Below the pieces are notes generated by a model. That model had not been told where the DNA came from. It saw only the letters and a program-made list of their open reading frames with translations, and did no database searches. This document shows, in pieces, positions 16,729-27,336 of a stretch of DNA of 64,000 nucleotides (within the stretch, counting starts at the first letter, position 1; every line of letters starts with the position of its first letter). Position numbers and translations under genes: made by a program. The DNA lies in NCBI GenBank assembly GCA_002269645.1, contig NIVC01000110.1, forward strand, positions 558,001 to 622,000, read 5' to 3'. The DNA is from Macrostomum lignano (lineage: Eukaryota).

Positions 16729-16850
16729 TAGGCATATACACTTCACTGTGCCTTAAGGGGTTGGCCCTCAAGCCCATTAATTGCACGAGCAGAGCCAAGC
16801 CGAGATTCCAATTTAGCCCCAAATTAGTACGACTGCACTTGGAATCGAGC
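16729..16850. repeat. ~125-bp dispersed segment, inverted copy of 9201-9326
   Basis: See 9201-9326. Confidence 0.9.
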
Positions 16851-17209
16851 CTGGGCCGCTGGCTTATCGGAGCGCCGCACAGACCACTGGGCTAGGAGCA
16901 GCCTTGCATGCCAGAGAAAGTTATGCTCCATAATTACGCAATTAATGCTCTATAATTGCAGTGCTCAGAGCCAGTTAAACATCACTTTGTCTGGTCTTGC
17001 ATCGGCTATTCAGTCCTGCCATTCAGAATGGAAACATCAACTCAGAGTGGAATAGCTGAAGTGAATGCTTTCGCTTGCATCTGCAAAGTACTGCTCTGTC
17101 AAGGTGGTCTCAGAATAGAAATTGGAGTCATGGTTTAAGTAAGTCTTCTCATTCCAAGATGAGATGTTAACTATGACTTGGCCGTGTCAAATGCAGCTTG
17201 TATTGAGTT

Positions 17210-18075
17210 AGTAGACACCCCTGTCACTTAGGTGGACACCTGTATCTCTTACATGTAGGTAGACACCCCCTGTTTCTTAGGTGGACAATACCGGTCTCTT
17301 ATGTGGACACCCCATGTCTCTTAGTTGAACAATCCATGCCTCTTAGGTGGAAAATCTCTGTCTCATAGGTGGACACCCCTGTCTCTTATGTGGAAAACCC
17401 TGTCTCTTTTAACTGGACACCCCATGTCTCCTAGGTGCTAGGTGGACACCCCTGTCTCTTATGTGGACACCCCTGTCTCATAGGTGGACACCCCTGTCTC
17501 TTATGTGGACACCCCTGTCTCTTTTAACTGGACACCCCATGTCTCCTAGGTGCTAGGTGGACACCCCTGTCTCTTATGTGGAAAACCCTGTCTCTTTTAA
17601 CTGGACACCCCATGTCTCCTAGGTGCTAGGTGGACACCCCTGTCTCTTATGTGGAAAACCCTGTCACTTTTAACTGGACACCCCATGTCTCCTAGGTGCT
17701 AGGTGGACACCCCTGTCTCCTAGGTGGACAATCCCTGTCTCTTAGGTGGACAATCTCTGTCTCCTATGTGGACAATCCCTGTCTCCTAGGTGGACAATCC
17801 CTGTCTCCTAGGTGGACAATCCCTGTCTCTTAGGTGGACAATCTCTGTCTCCTAGGTGGACAATCCCTGTCTCCTAAATGGACAATCCATGTCTCTTAGG
17901 GAAACCCCTGTCTCTTAGGGGTGGACAACCGGTCTGTTAGGTGGACAACCCCTGTCTCCTAGGTGGACAATCCCTGTCTCTTAGGGCAACCCCTGTCTCT
18001 TAGGGCAACCCCTGTCTCTTAGGGGTGGACAACCTGTCTGTTAGGTGGACAACCCCTGTCTCCTAGGTGGACACC
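17210..18075. repeat. ~21-bp degenerate minisatellite TAGGTGGACA(C/A)CCCTGTCTC(C/T)
   Basis: Tandem imperfect units. Confidence 0.9.
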
Positions 18076-18504
18076 ACATACGTCTTTCTTTGACACCTTC
18101 TGGTTCTTTGGTGAACGAATTTTAAGGTCAATGCACTTTTTGTGGGCGATTGTCCGACCAACACTCCAGATGCTGCTCCAGTGCTCCCTGACTCAGCCTC
18201 CCTCTTGTCCCATCAGACAATTGCCACCCGTTATGTCCACCTGACGCCAACAAGTCTGACAGAGAGCAGAAATATTACACTTAATAATTGTCTGTCAAAC
18301 AAAATGCCAGAACTCTCGTTGCGTTCCCAGCTTATCCTCTGCTCCTCTTCCCTTTTTACCGAGAGGGATTTTTTGTAAAACTACATCCCGCAGGCTGCCA
18401 CATTTAGATTTGGTACACGAGAACTGCTAATTGTACTAATAAAACCTTAATCTATCTTGCTTTCTTCTTTTGTATCGGCTTTAAATATAAGTAGACAAAA
18501 ATAA

Positions 18505-19355
18505 TGGCGCCTCTCGCACCTGTTAGAAAACATGGGAATGGCGCCTCTCACCTTTGAGAACACATGGGAATGGCGCCTCTCACCTGTGAGAACACATGGG
18601 AATGGCGCCTCTCACCTGCTTAGAACACATGGGAATGGCGCCTCTCACCTGTGAGAACACATGGGAATGGCGCCTCTCACCTGTTTAGAACACATGGGAA
18701 TGGCGCCTCTCACCTGTTTAGAAAACATGGGAATGGCGCCTCTCACCTGTTTAGAACACATGGGAATGGCGCCTCTCACCTGTTTAGAACACATGGGAAT
18801 GGCGCCTCTCACCTGTGAGAACACATGGGAATGGCGCCTCTCACCTGTTTAGAACACATGGGAATGGCGCCTCTCACCTGTTTAGAACACATGGGAAGGG
18901 CGCCTCTCACCTGTTTAGAACACATGGGAATGGCGCCTCTCACCTGTTTAGAACACATGGGAATGGCGCCTCTCACCTGTGAGAACACATGGGAATGGCG
19001 CCTCTCACCTGTTTAGAACACATGGGAATGGCGCCTCTCACCTGTTTAGAACACATGGGAATGGCGCCTCTCACCTGTTTAGAACACATGGGAATGGCGC
19101 CTCTCACCTGTTAGAACACGTGGGAATGACGCCTCTCACCTGTTAGAACACGTGGGAATGGCGCATCTCACCTGTTAGAACACGTGGGAATGACGCCTCT
19201 CACCTGTGAGAACACATGGGAATGGCGCCTCTCACCTGTTTAGAACACATGGGAATGGCGCCTCTCACCTGTTTAGAACACATGGGAAGGGCGCTTCTCA
19301 CCTGGGAATGGCGCCTCTCACCTGTTTAGAACACATGGGAATGGCGCCTCTCATG
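18505..19355. repeat. 30-33-bp minisatellite ATGGGAATGGCGCCTCTCACCTGTTTAGAACAC, ~26 copies
   Basis: Tandem units; same family as 16243-16725. Confidence 0.95.
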
Positions 19356-19495
19356 TGTTAGAGACATGTAAGTTGCGCCTGTTAAGTGGTTCCTCGCACC
19401 TGTTAGATCTGATAGCGTTAGCGTATTATGCTTGAGTCGAAGTCTCAAGCATACTAAAAACTAAATGGGAGGAATTTTTTAGACAATTAATTTCT

Positions 19496-20754
19496 TGTTG
19501 TAACCCGGGTCGGCTTGGGTGCCCAGTCCCGAGTACAATATATATTATATGTGATATAACAGGCGTTGTGACGCTCTGTCTGTACTTTTATGAATACGAC
19601 GAGCAGGCGTGGCGACGCTCTGCGATAATAATTCGATCCCTCTGGTGTTGTGACACTCAGAGTTCACGCTGCGGCTCGAGGTGTGGTGACACTCTCGAGT
19701 GCTTCTATTCTCTATACCGTAGGGCGTACGCAATATATATGGTAAACGGTACCGTACTACAGAAGCTATATGGTCTCCCGGCGTTATGACGCTCTGGCAA
19801 GAATTCGGCCTAGCAAGCTTCCCGAAAAGAAAGGACTCAAACAGCAGGCGGCTTACCAGTGGCCAGATGACTGTTCACCGTTTATTATTCGCAGGTCTCA
19901 AGCGCAGTTTCCGACTTCTTCTTAATTCTCCAAGACTCTTCTCAATTAGGCTATTGTGTTTCTTTTATCGAAGTAGCTAATGTTGCTGTTTCTTTTATCG
20001 AAGTAGCTAATGTTGCTGTTTCTTTTATCGAAGTAGCTAATGTTGCTGTTTCTTTTATCGAAGTAGCTAATGTTGCTGTTTCTTTTATCGAAGTAGCTAA
20101 TGTTGCTGTTTCTTTTATCGAAGTAGCTAATGTTGCTGTTTCTTTTATCGAAGTAGCTAATGTTGCTGTTTCTTTTATCGAAGTAGCTAATGTTGCTGTT
20201 TCTTTTATCGAAGTAGCTAATGTTGCTGTTTCTTTTATCGAAGTAGCTAATGTTGCTGTTTCTTTTATCGAAGTAGCTAATGTTGCTGTTTCTTTTATCG
20301 AAGTAGCTAATGTTGCTGTTTCTTTTATCGAAGTAGCTAATGTTGCTGTTTCTTTTATCGAAGTAGCTAATGTTGCTGTTTCTTTTATCAGGTCTCGCGC
20401 TTGCACTCTCGGAGCACACCAAAACACAAAAAGCACGCAGGAGGTGGGCAAGAGCCAGAGTCGCACCATAAATAGCACCCAAACCCTGGGGCAGACGGCC
20501 CCACCGGCTAAGCTCACCAAAACAAACCACGCCGGCCCAGCCAATCAAAACCCCGCCTAAGGGGGGAGGGGCAGCACCCGCGCCAAAGCTGGCCCGGCCG
20601 CAGCCAACCAGCCCTGAGCACGGGGCAGGGGCACGGCTGGGGAGGGGCACGCGCAAAGCCCGGCCGGCGGCCAAACCCTGCCACGCCCGCCAACCCCCCA
20701 ACCAGCCCCAAAGTGCAACGCGCCCTGCCAACTGACAAGGGCGCATGCACTACA
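19496..20754 (-). mobile_element. Solo LTR (TG...CA, 4-bp TSD TTCT; Ty3/Gypsy-type by TSD length), family shared with 49688-50631
   Basis: Termini TGTTGTAACC...GCACTACA. TTCT at 19492-19495 and 20755-20758. A homologous second copy has its own TSD. A minus-strand AATAAA (19881-19886) is conserved in both copies, so orientation is inferred as minus. Confidence 0.88.
19958..20389. repeat. Perfect 30-bp minisatellite GTTTCTTTTATCGAAGTAGCTAATGTTGCT x~14 inside the solo LTR
   Basis: Identical tandem units. Confidence 0.97.
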
Positions 20755-20894
20755 TTCTAGTTAATTGGTGCACTAATTAGTGACTGTCTCCAATTAATTT
20801 GACCAGAGAATATCAATTTTCTTTCGTCTAACGACAATTGATGAGGAGGTCAAAGCTGTCAAAAGCTTTTGCACGCTAAATTAAATTCAATAGC

Positions 20895-21210
20895 TACTGA
20901 GATCTGAGATGACAGATGACAGATGACAGGTGACAGGTAGGAGATGAGAAATGAGATATGAAAGATTGAGAGATGAGAGATGAGAGATGAGAAATGACAG
21001 ATAATAGATGAGAGTTTATAGATAAGGATGAGAGATTAGAGATTAGGGATGATATATTTGAGATGAAATATAATAGATAAGAGAGAAGAGAGGAGAGAGA
21101 AAAGAGGAGAGAGGAGATATGAGAGATGAGAGAGGAGATATGAGAGAGGAGAGAGGACAGAGGAGAGAGGAGGACGAAGGACAGAGGAGAGAGGCTAGGA
21201 AGGGGAGGGG
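20895..21210. repeat. GA-rich low-complexity repeat (GAGAT/GAGAG)
   Basis: Purine-rich degenerate pentamers. Confidence 0.75.
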
Positions 21211-21854
21211 AGAGAGCTCAGGCAGAGGAGGAGTGCAGCTAACAGACATTGCCAGAGCACAACAGACCACAGCAGACCACATCAGACACCAGCCTAGTTA
21301 CCGGACCCCCAAATTACAGCTTCACGGACATTGCTAGAAGTCCAGATGGACCCAGCTCAGAACCCATCATCATCTGTACAAATCTGTACTGAAAAATAAA
21401 TCTAAAAATTGGTCCTTTTCGGTAGAGAGAGAAAGACGTGACCTCTCCACGCCACCCCTCGATTGCGGTGCGTCATAAACGGGGTTTATTATCAACGCTA
21501 CGTGCCAAGCTGGAGCAAAAGTCTACAGCGTGAGATGCAGAGAATTAAAATGGAATATTTCTAGGCACGATGCCTTAAGCTTTTTTATCCCAAATTGTAG
21601 CTACAGAGTCGTGGGAGTCCACTTTTTGTTATACGAATTAATGAATAAGTGCAGTTGGCATGGCTGAGTAAATTCTGCATCAAGTAAAGAGCAATTTTCT
21701 ATTAACTGACGAACTCCAAGCTCTGGACTTTTCAGGCATTTAGTATGCTCGTTAGTTGTTAGGGGGCTAGGGGGGACACTATGAGCACAAGCTCTTCGCA
21801 TTCACAGTGGTCCTGAATTTCTCATTACACACTCCTACATACAGGCACATTAAA

Positions 21855-22035
21855 TGGAAATAGCGCTAGAAATGGCGCCCAAAATGGCGCTAGAGATGGC
21901 GCTAGAGGTGGCGCTAGAAATGGCACTAGAAACGGCGCTAGAAATGGCGCTACAGTTGGCGCTAGAAATGGCGCCAGAGTTGGCGCTAGGAATGGCGCTA
22001 CAAACTGGCGCCAGAAAATTATCATTGGCGCTAAA
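21855..22035. repeat. 12-bp minisatellite ATGGCGCTAGAA
   Basis: About 14 imperfect tandem units. Confidence 0.88.
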
Positions 22036-22349
22036 AGTCTCGCTTCCATGAAGAGCATCGTGAATTCTAAAAACCATTTAATTTGCAGCTTCCTGTCAAT
22101 CATTTCCACAACAATGGCCAGGCCGTGTGGGGACAAAACACCAAAGCAGCCAAGCTGCTGCATTCACTTTCACATCTTGCAGCTGCAGGTTTCCGCCGTG
22201 CACTCGGCAACAACGGTTTGCTGGGCAAAATGCAAGAATTTCTCTATCGCCCTTCATCTCTGCACTCAGCCTCTCTCCGTTCCATTGCTAGAAATTCTGC
22301 CGTTCTTGCATGTCTATGTCTCTTTCTCTGCATTTGTCTCCTGCTCCCT

Positions 22350-22730
22350 AAATCTCTCTCCCTACATCTCTCTCCTTACATCTCTCTCCCTACATCTATA
22401 TCCCTACATCTCCCTCCCTACATCTCTCTCCCTACATCTCTCTCCTTACATCTCTCTCCCTACATCTCTCTCCTTACATCTATCTCCCTACATCTCTCTC
22501 CTTACATCTCTCTCCCTACACCTATCTCTCACTAAATCTCTATCAAAATCTCTCTCCCTACATCTATCTCTCCCTACAACTCTCTCTCTACATCTAGACA
22601 TCTCCTTAAATCTCTCTCTTTACATCTCTCTCTCTACATGTCTCTCCCTACGTATCTCTTCCGACATCCCTCTACCCCGACATCAATATCTCCCTACATC
22701 GCTCGCCCTAAATCTCTCTCTACATGCCTC
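22350..22730. repeat. ~14-bp CTACATCTCTCTCC repeat
   Basis: Tandem imperfect units. Confidence 0.8.
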
Positions 22731-23157
22731 TCCGTAGGTATGTCGATAGTTGGCATCGCCAACTTCTCTCTCGCCTCAGCTGCCCCACACCCTTCTCTTC
22801 CAATCAAGCTGCATTTCACTTCCCCAGCCCCAACCCCCACACTACCAGCCTCTCCGCTCCCGCTCCCTGCACGCCCGCCTCTTCCCCTTTCTCTTTCCGA
22901 TTCTGCATTTTTCATCGCTTTTTACAAGAAAAAGATAATGCAATATTCATCATTCTACAAGTTATAGATTGAAGCCAACGGGTTAGCACTTTTTTTAGAA
23001 TTGTTTTGTCAGACACGCTAGCAAAAGATACTAGACCTTAAGCTAGCTGAATTCTCTATGAATTTTGTTCTTAGTTTAGCGATGTATTGCAAAATTCAGG
23101 AGAGCATGAACGAACAGTCATAGCATTGCTGAATCATCTCAGTTGTACTTTCTTTTG

Positions 23158-23505
<348 letters not shown>

Positions 23506-24169
23506 GAAGCAGAAAGCAGCAATTCTGCTCTCAAAGAAGCAGAATAAAAGGAAGCCGACATAGAAACATAGCTGCTAGGAAGGTGGGTTGGTTTGCAGTC
23601 GGCAATTAGCAATTTCATGCATTGTCTTTAAGGTCGGGAAGAGAGGCGGCTTTCTTTGAGAGCGGCTGGTGGCTGCGGTAGAGCTGGAGAACGCGTCTGA
23701 GAAAGCAAACGGTTGCACGCTGCGAGCTGCTCCGCCAGTCCGCCAGTGGGGCTCTGCAGATCCGGGACTGGAATGAAAGAACAATAATTACATTGTTCAC
23801 GACGAAGTCAGTCACAATGGAGAGGGAAGGAAGTTGATTACAAAAAAGCTGCATAGTAAGTGATTACAATAGACGCGAAGGGAAAGTTCATGTATAGCTG
23901 TCTGTCTACTCTTGGTAGAAATAGGGATGGATTGAATGAGGGTAAGAGGGGTGGAGTACGAAATGGTTTGTTAATGATTTATAAAACTGCCTGTCAATTA
24001 ATTTTACAATCGCAGCTGTGCTTGCCCTCTTGCCCTGGTTGAAACGTCGATGTCTCGCAGTCAAAAGTGCTAAAATTAATCGATTGCATTGATTCCCTGA
24101 TCAGTTTTTGGAGACTGAGTAATGAGGGATTCCTGAAACTTAGTGCTTAAGTGACCAACCCCCAAGGCA

Positions 24170-25100
24170 GGGTGAGAGCGGGTAGACAAGGTAGGGTGAG
24201 AGTGGGTAGACAAGGGATGGTGAGAGCGGGTAGACAAGGGATGGTGAGAGTGGGTAGACAAGGTAGGGTGAGAGTGGGTAGACAAGGTAGGGTGAGAGTG
24301 GGTAGACAAGGGATGGTGAGAGTGGGTAGACAAGGTAGGGTGAGAGTGGGTAGACAAGGTAGGGTGAGAGTGGGTAGACAAGGGATGGTGAGAGCGGGTA
24401 GACAAGGGATGGTGAGAGTGGGTAGACAAGGTAGGGTGAGAGTGGGTAGACAAGGGATGGTGAGAGTGGGTAGACAAGGTAGGGTGAGAGTGGGTAGACA
24501 AGGTAGGGTGAGAGTGGGTAGACAAGGGATGGTGAGAGCGGGTAGACAAGGGATGGTGAGAGTGGGTAGACAAGGTAGGGTGAGAGTGGGTAGACAAGGG
24601 ATGGTGAGAGTGGGTAGACAAGGTAGGGTGAGAGTGGGTAGACAAGGTAGGGTGAGAGTGGGTAGACAAGGGATGGTGAGAGCGGGTAGACAAGGGATGG
24701 TGAGAGTGGGTAGACAAGGTAGGGTGAGAGTGGGTAGACAAGGGATGGTGAGAGTGGGTAGACAAGGTAGGGTGAGAGTGGGTAGACAAGGTAGGGTGAG
24801 AGTGGGTAGACAAGGGATGGTGAGAGCGGGTAGACAAGGGATGGTGAGAGTGGGTAGACAAGGTAGGGTGAGAGTGGGTAGACAAGGTAGGGTGAGAGTG
24901 GGTAGACAAGGTAGGGTGAGAGTGGGTAGACAAGGGATGGTGAGAGCGGGTAGACAAGGTAGGGTGAGAGTGGGTAGACAAGGTAGGGTGAGAGTGGGTA
25001 GACAAGGGAGGGTGGGAGCGGGTAGACAAGGGAGGGTGGGAGCGGGTAGACAAGGGAGGGTGGGAGCGGGTAGACAAGGGAGGGTGGGAGCGGGTAGACA
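24170..25100. repeat. 24-bp minisatellite GTGAGAGTGGGTAGACAAGG(TAGG/GATG), ~38 copies
   Basis: Tandem units with two or three recurring variants. Confidence 0.96.
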
Positions 25101-25544
25101 GGGAGGATGGGAACGTGAGGAAGGAAAAAATGGGGGTGATGAGTGATGAGCAGGAACGATGATCGCATTGAAGAGCCACTGTCAGTTGTCAATGTCAGTT
25201 GTCAACCAGTCAGCCTAATAGTCGGGGATGGCAATAATGGCTAAAATTGATAAAGCATTAATGAGGAATTGTTGTGGAAGCAGATGAACGGCTGCTGGGG
25301 GGGGGGGGGGTGGGCACCATTGAGACTGAGAACAAAAGAGACTACAGGTGTACAGATAGACAGACAAGCTCAGAAGTTTCTGGCTTATGACTTTGTGTCG
25401 CCTCTAGGAGGAAGTGTTAATGCTTCGTTGGGCGCATGTGTGATGCTTTTTCAAACATTTCCCATTTTCCTAAAGAGGATCAGTGAAATACCCAATATAT
25501 ATCCTAACTAGTGCAGTAAAAAGTCTTACAAAAAAGTTGTCTGG

Positions 25545-25565
25545 ATGCCTAAAGCTTTTCTTTAA
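25545..25565 (+). other. SNAG-like coding fragment ATG CCT AAA GCT TTT CTT TAA (MPKAFL*), ~1.8 kb upstream of scratch
   Basis: Matches the Snail/Scratch SNAG start MP(R/K)(S/A)FL on the same strand as the zinc-finger exons, but is followed at once by TAA. Confidence 0.5.
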
Positions 25566-25729
25566 ATAGTACTAACTTTGCCAGTAGTATGACGAGAAAG
25601 TGTTAGTACATTTGGTAAAATATTTTTTTATATTTAATATTATGAAGTTCTATTTCACAAGCACAGTATTTGCTCAGCTCATTCTTTTCATTTGTCATCG
25701 TCACAAAGTTATTATCTCACTGTTTCCAA

Positions 25730-26050
25730 GATCCAATCTCACTATCTCTCAGATCCCATCTCATTGTCTTTCCAAATCTCCCATCTCACTGTGTCCCCAA
25801 ATCTCCCATCTCACTGTCCTCCCAATTCTCCCATGCATCTCACTGTCTCCCCAAATCTCCCATCTCACTGTCCTCCCAAATCTCCCATGCATCTCACTGT
25901 CTCCCCAAATCTCCCATCTCCCTGTCTCCCCAAATCTCCCATGCATCTCACTGTCTCCCCAAATCCCCCATCTCCCTGTCTCCCCAAATATCCCATCTCC
26001 CTGTTTCCCAAATCTCCTATCTTCCTGTCTCCTCAAATCTCTCATCTCAC
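25730..26050. repeat. Degenerate CCCCAAATCTCCCATCTC(A/C)CTGTCT repeat
   Basis: About 10 imperfect units. Confidence 0.8.
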
Positions 26051-27336
26051 TGCGAATGGCCTCTCCTAGCTTCAATCTCAGTTTTACTTGAGTCTTTAAT
26101 CGCTTTCTAAAATAAAAAGAAGCTTTAAGAGTCACATTGGCCACGGTTAAAAATTCAATTAACAGACCAGGAAATTCGATCCAAAATCCATTAGTTTTCT
26201 TACTTACTGAACCAAGGAAGGACAAGGGATAAGGATAGCTGAGAATCGAACTGGACTGGAAACAAGGCAAACCAACAGAAAGCCCATACACAACTAACAC
26301 AACATAAGCTTAATTGATATGGATTATGATCTAGCAAACAATAATTCTATTCTAGAATGTCGAGAATGCAACCTGTAGCAAAAAAGAGAAAAGGAACAAG
26401 ATGGAGCCCTTTACTGTATGCGGACTGACCTACGCAATGTATTGTGGTTAAAATTTTAGTAGCTAATAGAATTAAAAAGAAAACTACGAGTATAAACATT
26501 ATATTTTATTTAGAGCGATTAACAAGAATCACGATTAAATTGAACAGCGTAAGAAACGAAAACAAACTGGGCTAACATTCTAACGGAGAGGGCCCAGCCA
26601 CTTACGTGTACGCTCGTATTATTTAATTTAGTTTAATAATCCATGTACTTTAATTAAATAACAGGGGTTGGGGTGGTGGGTGCACTGATAACGGACGGGG
26701 GAGTCAGGGGGACGAGGGACAGACAGAAAAACAAGACGGGGCAAAGTGATAAGGCCAATGGGGTTAGAAAAATAGGTGGCTGGCGCGCGCGCGCAGAGGG
26801 GTAAGCGGGAGGGTTCATGCAAGAAAATCGATAAAATTCATGCAAGAATGTCCACATCCACCACACCGAAAAAGAGACCTCAATTATCGTCTGAATTCCG
26901 TTAAGCGACCGCTGTGCGATCAGCACAGTCGATCAGTGCAGATTTCACTTTCCAAGAAAGCAGTGATTGGAGGTGAGGGCCTTTCCAATCCAGACGCAAC
27001 AGCAGTCCTTGTACTTCAAAGCCCCCGGCCGATCCCGCTCACTCAATTCCTCTCCTCCCCTCGTCAAATTGGAAGCGAGCTGAGGGACTCCATTTTAAAA
27101 GTTGCTGATCTTCAATTGGCTACAAAACATCTCAAGTTAAAACAACTTTGTAAGTTCCACGTTTTTAAGACCCAGCCTTTTTAAAAAAATAATTCCTAAT
27201 TTGCTAGATTCATATTGTTGCAAAAATAAACCTCAAACAGCCCACAATGCAGTATTCTGGTCAGCAACAATTTACACCAGGCTCAATTCTCTTGACAGTG
27301 CCTATGCATATGCAGTACCAGAAGTCTGACTGGCAG

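Noticed and set aside
22190-22275. Exon-like segment after TTGCAGCTGCAG (GFRRALGNNGLLGKMQEFLY)
   Set aside because: No matching donor, partner exons or recognisable domain.
23640-23790. GC-rich stretch with short ORFs on both strands
   Set aside because: No splice or domain support.
24076-25192. 330-367-aa ORFs on both strands
   Set aside because: Translations of the 24-bp minisatellite.
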